From NCBI GenBank assembly GCA_029717555.1, contig JAMDHS010000029.1:62001-126000 (forward strand): a DNA stretch of 64,000 bases, given 5' to 3'. Below, one piece after another: positions 11,237-23,363 of the stretch. The position numbers and the translations under genes were made by a program. The DNA is from Peribolospora baueri. Lineage: Eukaryota. The notes beneath the pieces were generated by a model. The model was not told the DNA's origin. It did not search any database and was given only the letters and a program-made list of their open reading frames with translations. Position 1 is the stretch's first letter; the number at the start of each line of letters is the position of its first letter.

Positions 11237-11954
11237 TGCATCGTCCCCGCGGTCTGGTCCGAGAGGGAGAGGAATGGAAGGCGAAGGAGAGGTGCCTGTC
11301 TCTGCTGAGCGTCGTGCTGAGAGTGGTGCTGGAAGGAAGAACGCAAGCCAAGCCCACCAAGTGGGGGACGACTTTTGCTCGATCATTTGTTCATTCGCCA
11401 TCCTCACTCGCGGCAAGGGGAGAGAGCGTCAAGCTGCGTGTTGTATGTACATCAACCCGTTCTCGCCATCCTTCGAGTCGGATATAATAAAGACAGGCAT
11501 GGACGACGACGGCGTTCGATATCGTCGATGAGACGTCGATCCTGCTCTGGCCGTCTTCCGCTCGAGTCGCGCATTGATTATGCAAACAGACTCGCACAAG
11601 CAATTCCACCTCCCCTTCACCTTATTACCACCATCGCCATACACACCGCGTTCGCCACGACGCCCACCACCACGGCTTACGACACAGAACAAGCCCTTCG
11701 GCACCGCTCCTTTCAACCCGCTTTCCTCCAAACCACTTCCAAGGCCGCAACGGCGCCTCGTCGGGCGTCAGCGTCAGGGCCAAGCAAGAGGCCGGCAAGC
11801 AGGCACGGATCGCTCACGCCTGGCTTCCAGCCCGACCTCTTGTCGCCCTCGTCAACTGTCTTTGCCAGTTTCGCACTTGGCCGTCGTCATCGCCGACGAC
11901 GTCGCTTCCTTCCGTCTTGAACCATTCTCTCCGCTCCACACCTCTGCAGCCTCC

Positions 11955-14760
11955 ATGAGCCCCTCATCTGCCGCCGCGCCTATTACGGCCACTCCTCCCC
12001 AACCTGACACCTCGTTCCTCGTCGACGGTAAGCTCATCGACGTCTCCGACGTCTCTTTCTCTTTGCGACTGGCCACCACTAACGCTGTCGCCGTTGCCGC
12101 CGTCAAACTCCTCCGACAGACGCATCTCCTCCCCCTCTGCAACGACCGCTCAGGAGCGACGGCCTCAGCGTCTCGAGCGTCGCAGGCCAGCCTGCCGTTC
12201 CCTCCAGGCCCGGAAGCGCGCAGAGCGTTCGGATCAGAGTGGAAAGGCCCGGCCTGCCTGCTGGCTCCGATGGGGACAACAATGGGAGTGCAAACGGCAG
12301 GGCGACGGGCATAAGCGCTCCTGGGGTGGCGTCGGCGGCGACGGGCACACGTAGGATGGAGAGTAGCACGACCTACGCCAAGAGGACGGGCGGGAGCATC
12401 GAAGGTGGACTTTCTTTGTGTCACCCGCTACGGTTGCCCGTGCTACGCTGCTGTTCGACCAAACTCGTTTTCACTGATTGGTTTCCCTCGTCCCTCTTCG
12501 TTTTTTCGCTCCCACGCGCGCACACAGACGCCGAGCGCTCCCCACTCATCGCTAACGTCTTCTCCCCTCGCCCGACGCGGTACACCGAGCCGACGCTCTT
12601 CTCCCGCCTACGACTGGAAATCTCCCAGCTCATCGCCAACGCCATCTCCTCCTCCTTCCTCATCCTCGTCGTCGTCTGGGCCCTCACCGTCCGAGCTCTC
12701 GCCGCCGTCCCGGCTTCCTTTGTCCCCCGCATCGTTCAAGAGAGGGACTGGGACGACCGAACAAGGTGGAAGAAAGAGGCGCTGGTCAAGGACGTCAGGT
12801 ATTACGCCACCAGCTGCGGGTTCGAGATCGTCAATGAGACGGTGGAGACCGAGGACGGGTACCTCTTGCGCGTCAATAGAGTCGTCTGTCCCGGGCACAA
12901 GATCCGGGCCGACAGGAGGGGTGAGTGTGTGATCGAGTGCTAGCTCTGTCGGGTTGGCGTCCTTTCTCTTTAATAATCTCTTTTCACATACTTCTCTTCT
13001 CGCCTTTCCTTCATTCCTATCCTTTTAGGAGGCTACCCCGTCCTGATAATGCACGGACTCTTCCAGTCCTCGGGTTCGTTCGTCACCTCCGAGGACCGTT
13101 CCCTGGCCTTTTGGCTTGCCAGGCACGGCGGTTACCAAGTCTTCCTCGGAAATAACCGTGGCGTGTTCGACATGGGCCATAAGCGGTACTCGAGGAACGA
13201 CCCGAGGTTTTGGGGTGAGCGCTGGCGTCTTTTTGTTCGAGAGCGCCAGTGTGGGACGCGCGCAGTCTGACCGTTTCTTTCCGTTTCATCGGTCATCAGA
13301 CTACGACATCCGAGAGCTAGCAAAGTATGATCTCCGCGCCCTGGTCGAGTACGTCTGCAAAACGACGGGCTACGATAAGGTGAGATGCGACGGCGCGGGT
13401 CATCAGCCGACCGGAATGTGACGCACCGTCTTCTCCCCGCGTACCTGACGACCGCCCTTGACTCGTCTTCTAGATCGCTTTCATAGGCCACTCTCAAGGC
13501 AACGCCACTGCCTTTGTCGCTCTCTCCCGTGGAATGGTTCCCGAATTGGGCGAAAAGCTCTCCATTTTTGTCGCCCTAGCACCTGCCGTCTACGCCGGAC
13601 CCCTGACGAGCTGCTTCCCTTTCACTGCCTTGAGGAGACTGGATTGGAAGAGATGGAAGCGCATCTTCGGTGGGTTATCCCTCCCATTTGCCTGTATTTG
13701 CGCATGGAGAAAGGAATGGATCGCCTCCCCATCAAAATCACTCACTTCCACCCGTCTCCCATCTCCGCTCGTCCTTCATCCATTTCGTAGGCGTCCTCGA
13801 CTTTATCCCGCTCATGCGTGTCTCCTACGATTGGACCCCGGCGCTGCCGTATGCTTTGTTGGGCTACCAGATGTTTGCATTCCTCTTTGCCTGGACAGAC
13901 GCTAACTGGTGAGCCGGGGCCCATCTCTCTGTGTTTCGACAGGTCGGTTGACGGCCTGATCCATTTGTCCCGGTCTCTTGGGTCGTTCCGTTCGACTTGA
14001 TTCTGCGCTTTCCCCCGCCCCCCCACGTCCCTTCCGCCAGGCTGCCCCGTCGCAAAGCCAAGATGTTCCGCTTCACGCCCCAACCCGTATCCTCCGCCTC
14101 CATCTTCTGGTGGGCAGGCAAGAGGGGCTTCGCCTCTCGTGGCTGCATCCTCGATCCGGACGAGGACAGGTGGTTCGATCGACGCTTCCCCCCACTGGCG
14201 CTCTACTCTGGCGGGATGGACTTTTTGGTCCTCACCGAGCCGCTGTTGAAGAGGTTGGAGGAGAGGGAGAAGGACGTCAGGTTGGTGAGGGCTGTCCGGC
14301 AGGAGACCGCCGAGGTGAGTGTACGATGCCCGTGGCACCGTTAGGTGATGACGGAAGGAGAGAAGCACGATTCCTCCGGAGAGGAGCCACATTGCTTCCC
14401 ACCGTTCGGGTTCGGGGAAGAGCTCGTTGCGACGCAAAAATTTCGACATGTCTGATGGTTGAATCATTCCAAGCTCACTTTCATGCACCTCCTTCCTCGC
14501 CCCCGTCGCCGCCTAACGCCAGCACTGTGACCACTTCTGGGCAGCAGACTCTGTCGAGTGGTGCTTCCACACCATTTTGGGTGAGTTGCAGTACCATACC
14601 TCTTCATCCATTTCTGCGGACTCTGCTCACTTCTGCCTCCCATCTCCGCACCTTTCCCCCTCTTCGTCCTTTCCTTCCCACAGAGGACATTGAGAACACC
14701 CGTCCTCGCTTTCCGGAAGAGGAAGAAGCGAGCAGGATCGAGCCCGCAAGAGTGGCATGA
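11955..14760 (+). CDS. Alpha/beta-hydrolase lipase / sterol esterase (Tgl1/Yeh-like), multi-exon
   Basis: VETEDGYLLRVNR, PVLIMHGLFQSSGSF, SLAFWLA..GYQVFLGNNRG, DYDIRELAKYDL, nucleophile motif IGHSQG (about 13484-13501), FVALAPA, GGMDFLV, HCDHFWAAD. Confidence 0.88.
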
Positions 14761-15371
14761 CGGGACGATACCGACTTGACATGGCACGATCTTGACGGCA
14801 GCTAGAAGCTGTCGGACGCGCACGACACGCACAGGTCAGAGTTGGCCTTTATGGCACGAACGTCAAGCCAGGGCCTCTCTATACCAATCTTATCACACTG
14901 ATCGGATCGTTCACCGGGACCACCGATTTCTTTCTCTTCTGGCGATCGTTTACCATGCCATGCCCCACGCTTGGATTCTATCTTTCTTACCCTTCGCTTT
15001 CGTCCGTCTCACATCGGCACACATAACCCATTTTCGACATGGATCTAATCTCGGGTAGAAAAAGAAGAATGGACCGTCCGTTGCTGGAGGTCGCACCGAT
15101 CGGATTGTGTGAGGAAAATGGACAGCGACGAAGCGCGTTGACGGGGAAGAAATTATTAAAGCTACGGAGTAAGTCGTACATCGAGAGCGGGACTTGGGGG
15201 ATGGTGGGAAGTCGTAGGTTGCCATCGGCAGGGAGGCCAAGGTTTGATAGGGGGAGAGCGTTTCTCGAAACTGCATTAAAAGACCTACATGGAGGGGGGC
15301 CAGGGGGGGGGCGGTCCCAAAACCAACCGAACCCTCCCTGTGAGACTATGGAACGAGCTGGGCCGACCAAA

Positions 15372-17141
15372 CTATTCGTCATCGAGCAGCTTGGGGACCA
15401 TTTCATCCCTTACCCACTCCCGCCAGGAGCGACGGTATTGGACGTTCTGCCAGGCCACCATGCGTGTGTGAGAGAGAGAGAGAAGAAAGGAAGGTAAAAA
15501 GTGTCAGGGAAGACGTGTTAGCTTTCGCTTCCCATTCACGCTCATCCTTTTGAGCGATCTGATGCACAGTCGTTAGCAGAGGGGAAGGCTGGCCGTGACC
15601 AGCTGGGAGGCTCACCTTGAACTCCGGGGAAGGAAGGGGTCTCTTAGCATCGACGGAGTGATAGAGGGCATACCTGATGTACATGTCAAATCAAGAACCC
15701 AGAGTTTCGGGGCAGGGAGACGGGGATGGAAGGGGAGGCGACATCCAGTCCGGTGAGGGCGCTGAAGGAACTTCGCAGAGATAGACAGCTGTTCGAAGCA
15801 CTTGCTAAACTCACATCACAGCATTCAAGCCGCCCGGATCGTGTCCGGCGCGAAGAATGAGCTTCCTCTCCTTGCCTTCCCTTCCCTCCTCCGCGTCCAC
15901 CTTCCTCACCTCCTCCACCACAATCTCAGCAAGCTGGCGCACTGTGAGGACCTCAGAGGCGAAGTGGGCCTCGTACCATTTCGCACCCGGCTCCTTCGGC
16001 GATGTCCACACGGTCGTCGTTGGCTGAGGCACGAACATGGGGGCGTCTTGTAGGTTCGGGTAGAAATAGGAATTCTGGCAAGCCGTGGCTGCCTGTCCCC
16101 AGTCTTCTTGGGTGTTTAGCAGAGGGACTGAAGAGAAGATGGATTTCGATTCGAATAGACAAAATTCAAGGTGAGCGTCACACTGGCATCGCACAAACCA
16201 TCAGTCCGCCCAGATGAGCCGGCGCAGGAAGGACAGATGGCTGACGGTACTCACGAGGTGTGTCCTCCTTACACAATGGTACGTCAACGACCACGTCACC
16301 GTTGTCATCTAAGCTGAACAATTCCAGCCCCAGAAAGCTTTCCCAGGGGACCTCGGGGCAGATGAACATTCCTTTGTAGTTGTTTGAGATGAGGTACTCG
16401 GCAACCTTAGGAAGTGAAGCGGGGCGAGGCGGAAGGGAAGGGGGTTGAGAAAAGCAGGCATATGCAAGCCGAGGACGGGCAAATGACTTGTGCACCTGCT
16501 GAACGTGAAGTAAAAGGGAAAGCGCGAAATGGACTCACGTCCAAGTGATATCCAGGGACAGTTGTGACGCCCGTCTCCCTCTGAGCCTGAAGTCCATCCT
16601 TGGACCAGATGGCCCACACAGCAAAAGGTATTTTCGCCCGCTCCAGCTCTCCTGCGATCACTTTGGCCCAGCGAAAGTACTCGTCGCCGTCGGGTAGGCC
16701 GGCGAGGTAAGCACATTGGACGGCGTCAGCGCCGTCAAAAGCCTTGCGCACCGACTCTGGGTTGCCCAAGTCGGCGTGGTCAAAGGTCACGTTTGGCAAA
16801 CCTGAGAGCTGGTGGTTGCCTCTCTTGAGCGCCAAAGCGGGGATCAGAGCTCGTACACGGTAGAGACCAGACTTGGCAAGGGCGATGGTGCAAAAGAAGC
16901 CTGGAAGGGGAGGGAAGAGGATATGCAGTTAGGATAGGACAAGGTCCGGAGGGCGAGACTTCTTCGAGACTGCACTGAATGACCGCGCCTTCGGTGAAGG
17001 CGGAAGAAGGACGATTCTTTCCCTCCGCTCACCTCCCAAACGCCCCAAAGCGTCAACAACGACCACGAGGGGCTTGTCCCCCGGGGCCTTTCCCGTCGCC
17101 TGCAATCCGGTGTTAGTGTTGGTAGTCGTAGTGTCCGTCAT
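15372..17141 (-). CDS. NmrA-like / NAD(P)-binding Rossmann-fold protein, multi-exon
   Basis: KPLVVVVDALGRLG, ADLGNPESVRKAFDGADAV, CFYQN-like ACQNSYFYPN, WTSPKEPG, SEVLTVRQLAE, C-terminal RSWREWVRDEMVPKLLDDE*; GT-AG introns. Exon structure only partly resolved. Confidence 0.65.
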
Positions 17142-18732
17142 GTTACGCGGTGCAGCACGTTTCCGAAGGGAGAGAGAGGCTGGGCGCGGTTTGTTTGGAC
17201 GCTCTTTCCCTTCCTTCCTCCTGCGTCCGTGTATAGATAGATGGCTTGTTTCGCAGAGCGATAGGACGAGGTTGCCCACCTTGTGAAGCGGATGATGGAC
17301 GGAGAAGACGAGAGAGGCGGTACCACGAGTTGCAGACTTGAATTCGGAAGGAGCACGGATGTGCGTCTAGGCGTACTTTAAAGAGCAGGGCAAGAGAAGG
17401 GGCCGGGGGGGGATAATACGGGAGAGCCGAGTTGGTTTGACGAGCATGCCCAGGAGGGAGTGCTTTTAAGCCACATCCGAGAGCGAATATTCGCTGTTCC
17501 ATTGCCTTCCTTCCCCACATCATCTTGTTCGAGCTGTGGGCGGCAAGTGACAGCGAGGGAAGCGTTCTGTTTCGTCCTGCCAATCCATGCAGCGTATGAG
17601 GTCTCATTGTTCCGTCTGACCGACCGGGATCAGATGGATCGGCAAGACCCGCGGCAATGGTACGTGGTCTGCTTGGTCGCCATCGTCCGCGTCTGGACGC
17701 TGCGCCGACGCTTGCAAGCGGCGTCAAGGGCCTGGCTAGTTACTGTTGAATACGCAGTTTGTCTGCTGCTCGTAGCATCGTAGTTACGGGTCCGGCGGCC
17801 AGCCGGACACAATTAGCTGCTCGTGCTTGCCCATCGCACGGCACAGGCGAGTCGTTCGAGAAGAACCGCCGAGGGCGTCTCCCTGGGCATTCTCGAATTC
17901 TCCACCTCGCACAGGTGCGAAGAATGGCTCCCCGCGCCTGCGGAGGGATATGGATGGAGACGGCCGTCGTCGAGCCGTCGACGTCCGCCCACTCAGTCTG
18001 TCTCCAAACAAGCATCCCCGCCAGCCGTGCACGATTCGACAACAGGCGATCCCGCCGCCTGCACTCACTCTTTTTCCAGCCGGATCCCGTTACGCTCGAT
18101 GTACAGCACAGATGTACAGCACTGTGCTTTAGCCTGGATGTGCATCGGCACGGACGGCGGCAGACTGTCACGTGTGCCGAGCCCATATATCGAGGCACAT
18201 GGCTCGACGTTTCTGGACTATGAAATCTCCACCGTACTTGGTTCTAGAGAAGGTGTTATCGATTGGAAGAAAGGTCACGTCGAAATTCCCGAGAGAGGCA
18301 CAGCTACCGTCTCTCCAGATGCGGTGCGTGTCGCTTGCCTCGCAAGCCAAGCCGACCACGTCCCCGTGTGACCTCGGATATCCCGGGCGTCGCATGCCAG
18401 CTTCGACGAGGATGCGCTCGTTGACGCCGGACGTCAACTATCTCTGTCCATCATCATCAATCAGACTCGAGCAGCGACCGCGCTGACCACTGCACTCTGC
18501 CCTCGGCCCGGGCCGGTCTGTGCGAGGGTCGTACGGGCCCCACTGACGCCATCGGACCGGCGAGGTTGCCGCAGCAGTCGGCCCCTCCCGGCCCGTTTTC
18601 GCGTGCTGCCGGCAAACTTGGGTGATCACCATCGTCACCTTCCTCCTCTTCATCTCCGTCCCCCGACCTTCTTCTCCCCCTCACCTACCCTCTTCGTCGT
18701 GCTTGCACGTAAAAAAACGACAGACAACCGTA

Positions 18733-20531
18733 ATGTTTGCCCGCGCCGCCCTTCGCTCCGCTGCTCCCGCCCTCCGCCAGGGCGCTGGCCTCCGCGCCTT
18801 CTCCACCTCCCAGGTCCAGAACAAGAAGGTGAGCTGGAAAAGACACGCAGATCGGCTACGCCCTCTCCATCCAGGCGTCTCTCGAGACCTATGGCGACTC
18901 GTACTGACTTCCTATCATCGCCCTTCGTGTCTGCGTATTCCACCAGGTCGCCGTGCTCGGTGCCGGCGGTGGCATCGGTCAGCCCCTCTCGCTCCTCCTC
19001 AAGCAGAACAGGCTCGTCACCGAGTGAGTGCGGACGCAATGGACGACCGTAACCCGTGTATCATTTCGACTCATTCCACCTGCTTGCTATACTTTCTTTT
19101 TTTTCATCCCTCCCGCCTCGCATCACAGCCTTGCTCTCTTCGACATCCGTGGCGCCCCCGGTGTTGGTGCTGACATCAGCCACGTCAACTCACCCGCCAA
19201 GGTGAGCAATGTCTACTGTGGACAACGGGCTCAGGCCATTGGCCTTCGTGCCATAGACGAGCGGGGACAGGACGTTCTTCATAGCACCCTTCCTGTTTCG
19301 GCTTTTACGTGCCGGTTCGTGTACCAAATGGCGTCGATGCTCATCTGATCTTTTCGCTTCCTCCACCTTCTTCGCCTCGCAGGCCGTCGGATACGCTCCC
19401 GAGAACGATGGCCTTACCAAGGCCCTCGAGGGTGCCGAGATCATTCTCATTCCTGCCGGCGTTCCCCGCAAGCCCGGTATGACCCGTGACGACCTCTTCA
19501 ACGTGAGCTCGCCTTCTTCACCAACGCTCGAAATCGCTCGCAGCAGACTAGCTCTCGTTTCAGACCCGCTCACCCTCTTCTTCGTCATTCATTTCGCCCG
19601 CCCGCAGACCAACGCCTCGATCGTCCGCGACCTCGCCAAGGCGGCCGCCAAGGTGGCTCCTAAGGCCCACATGCTCATCATTTCCAACCCCGTCAACTCT
19701 ACCGTGCCGATCGTCGCCGAGGTGTACAAGGAGGCCGGCGTGTACGACCCCAAGCGCCTTTTCGGTGTTACCACGCTCGACGTCGTGCGCTCCTCCACCT
19801 TCCTGTCCGGCATCGCTGGCTCGGACCCCAAGGACACCGTCGTTCCCGTCGTGGGTGGCCACTCTGGCGTGACCATCGTCCCCCTCCTCAGCCAGGCCGC
19901 GCAGGGTTCGTCGGTGCAGAAGGGTGAGCAGTACGACGCCCTCGTCCACCGCATCCAGTTCGGCGGTGACGAGGTCGTCAAGGCCAAGGACGGCGCCGGC
20001 TCGGCCACCCTCTCCATGGCCTACGCCGCTTCCGTTTTCGCCAACTCTCTCCTCAAGGCCTTGGGCGGCGAGAAGGGCGTTGTCGAGCCCACCTTCGTCG
20101 ATAGCCCCTTGTACAAGGACCAGGGTGTTGACTTCTTCAGCTCCAGGGTCGAGCTCGGCGTGAGTGTTCCTTCGATCCGAACCTCGATCATCGAGTTTGC
20201 GTTTCCAACTCTTTTCATGAAGACTGATGAGTTGTCTTCGACCCGGTCCCCACTCGCTTGATGCTGCATCCGTAGCCTGAGGGTGTCGCCAAGATTCACC
20301 CCGTCGGCCAGGTCACCCCTGAGGAGCAGAAGCTCATCGACGCTTGCCTGCCCGAGCTCAAGAAGAGTGCGTACGCCGTTTCCCTTCTTTCTTCCTTGCG
20401 TTTGCGGCTTCGTCCCTCTGTGCGAGCCGCCTCGATGGGAAGGAAGGCTTTAGCTCACCTGGTGGCTTTCCTTTTGCACCTCCTCTTTCATAGACATCGC
20501 TAAGGGTGTCTCCTTCGTCAAGGGCGCCTAA
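18733..20531 (+). CDS. MDH1: Malate dehydrogenase, mitochondrial, multi-exon
   Basis: Transit peptide [111 protein letters not shown]. Confidence 0.97.
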
Positions 20532-20970
20532 ATTCGCGGTTTGACATCGGCAACCCTCTTCCTTTTCCAGTCTACTCCTCTGGAATAGACGCGAAGGGCC
20601 CTTGCGCTCTTTCCTTACACCCCAGTCTGCGTTCCCGTCGTCGGTCCACGTCGGAGCGCTTTGGGATGGGTTCGGAATCCGAGAGGACGAGAGGAGACTA
20701 GTAGAGAAAGAGAAAAGAGTGATGTGGAGAAACGTGCAATGGATTTGTTCAAGTGCGCTTCGTTTGCACGTACATATAGTCTGCTAGCTCGACCTGCTCT
20801 AAAGTCTGTCCGCACGCGAGCCAGGTCCGTCTCCCACAGTCAGTCGATCGGAGACGCAAGATCGTGAACGACGTGCGTGCAGAGTGGGCGATGGCGGCGG
20901 TCGGACAAATCTGATATCGCGCCCGATCGGGCGAGCATTCCTTCTTCCCTCACCTCTTCTCTCCCCCACC

Positions 20971-22200
20971 ATGTCCGTCCCCGCGCCGCTCGCCGGTCCT
21001 TCCGCTCGCGCCATCCTCGCCTCGCTCCCCTTCCCCCATCGCCCCGCCCGTCCGCGCGTACCCTTTTTCCGCCTCCCGGCGCACAGAATTCCGACGCTTT
21101 GGTCGCTCTACCGCCCTTTGCTACGTACCGCGCCTGAAGAGCTACCAGAGGTTAGGGAGAGGATTAGGGAGGAGTTTAGGGCGAAGAGGCACTCTACGAG
21201 TCCACGGGAGACGAAGGACGCTTTGGTGAAGGGCTATCGGGTGCGTTTTTGGCTTTGTTCAACGAGGGACGACCTATTTAGAGCAAAGGTTCTGGATGTG
21301 ACGCTTAGGGACTCGCCCGTTCGTCTTATTTCGTCGACACTCTTTCCCGTATTCAGTTTCTTGAGCTCCTCCAAAAAGCGACAGATGGACATCAGGATGC
21401 TTCTCAGATAGTCGCTCGCATCGCCAAGAAGCAGCGTCGAAGGCGAAAGCAAGCGGTGTGGAAGGAGACGTACGAGCGATTCCTCGAGCCGGTGAGTTCA
21501 TCGCCCACCGGGGGTGCTGATATGATGCCCTGTACGCCTGTGTGGTTTCGGTGTTCTCACTCACCGTCTTTCCCTCGCATCCTATTGTGTTCTCCATTCG
21601 ACTTGCCCATCCACCCAACCCCCCGCCCCTTTGACTCGCATATCAGACTCCACCCGAGCCACGCTTGTCAGGCTCTCTTATCCGCCCGACGTTTGCCAAC
21701 CCTCCGATGCCACGCTTACGGACAGTGCAGCCGGAATCGACGTCGATGATGATCAAGCGGAGGCGAGAGTCGCGGATACGGAGGCGAGAGAGGGTTATAG
21801 CGATCAAGGATATGTTGGACGATGTGAGGAGGGAGGCAGACTTTGAGAGACGAGCGCTTGGAGGTGCGGATAGGCAAGGTGGGGTGAAGAAGATGGAGGT
21901 GGGCGAGAGAGTGTGGAAGAATGTGGCAGACTGGGGTGAGTGTTGGAACGACCTGCCGTCTCTCAGGTCTAGTCTACCGCACTTCTCAGCCGTCTTCTGA
22001 CCCTGGCAATCCTTTCTTCTTTTCTTCTTCTTCTTCGCCGCCGCCGCCCTGCTGCTGTCGACACCGCAGAACGTCCCTTCCGGGAAGAACGAAGAGCAAT
22101 CCAAGCAAAGTACGACGCCGACGAGGCTCGCGCCAACATGGTGTTCAGCCCCAAGGTGCTGGAAAGGGCTAAGAGAGCGAGGAGGCGCAAATTGGAGTGA
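20971..22200 (+). CDS. LYR-motif (Complex1_LYR-like) protein, probably mitochondrial, multi-exon
   Basis: WSLYRPLLR...IREEFRAKRHSTS (LYR + F motif), followed by GSLIRPTFANPPMPRL..QP...SMMIKRRR; GT-AG introns. Confidence 0.65.
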
Positions 22201-23363
22201 GTGCATTGGCGGAAAGCGGGGGATCCTTTCATCTCTTCGTCTTCCGGCTTCCACCTCATTTTACCATACTGTTTTGGCCGATGGGACGGCTGGTTTTACA
22301 ACGCCGCCTTGCGTCTTTTCTTCGCTCCCGTCCTTTTCTGCGCCTCGACGCACTTTTTTTCTGACATCCTCTTTCCTCCCATACGTCCTCGACGCGTCCA
22401 CAAAGATACTTCACCGCCAGGGCCCGAAGACGGCGACTGGGCGAAGTACCCAACTAAACCTGGTATCGCAGTCAGGAAACCCGTCGCAAGGAGGGACCCG
22501 AAAGCGAGACGACGCGGAGGCGCCCCGAGGACGCGACGGGCCGTCCCTACTCAAGCGGTCACGAACTTCCCTTGTCGCCTCTGCCCGCGTCTGGAGTATA
22601 CGGCGGCAGATGTCGATCATCACGTCGATGCCGTCGCCGGCCACTCTCATCAAGCTATCGAGCAACGAGACCCTGGTGTTCTCCTACAACTGACCGAAGA
22701 GATCGAAGACGAGGCGAGCCCAGGAGGCATCGGTGATGGGTCCGACGGCCTGAGGGGAGTGCTAACGAATCTGACCCACGCGTACGCACGCTTCCTCGAG
22801 AGCCCACGGACTGGTTGGGACGACTCGTCTGAATCGCTTGTCCTCAGGCCGTCTTCTTCGTCCTAGGGCACGAAAGAGCTCGGACGACGATGTCGCAAGC
22901 GTTCGTCTTCGACCCACGCCAAATAGTTAATAGTAGATTTGGTAACCAGCAGGGGTATCTATTACACCTGAATATAGACACGCGACCCGGATGGAGAAGC
23001 GGCGGGAGTGTCAGATGGGGGGAACAGAAAAGAATGGAAGGGGAAAGGGAAGAGGGGGGGGGGGGGATTGTCCGGGCGCGTCGCAATACTTACAGGGACC
23101 AGCGAAAGGAGACGACGAGGACGCCTCGGTGACGGCGGGTAGGATCGGTATACAGAACCGACGGTTAGGGTGGAAAGAAAAAGAAGACCAAGAAGGCGGC
23201 GGTGGATCGGTTGGTTGGTTGGCCTGTGCGCGCCGGAGAGGGGAGGTGAAACGCCAAAAAAGGGCGGCGAACCGAAGAAAGACGGGATGGGCGGTGAAAA
23301 GAGGCGGCTGAACGAGAAGAGAAGTGTGTGTGTTCGTCGGCGCCACCTTTCCCCTTTTTATTT

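Noticed and set aside
17740..18490. Overlapping ORFs between the NmrA-like gene and MDH1 (e.g. ...GVIDWKKGHVEIPERG)
   Set aside because: No recognisable family or consistent exon structure; probably intergenic or a highly decayed relic.
22256..22870. Coding-like fragments between the LYR gene and the SEC2 3' end
   Set aside because: Could not build a coherent spliced model on either strand.
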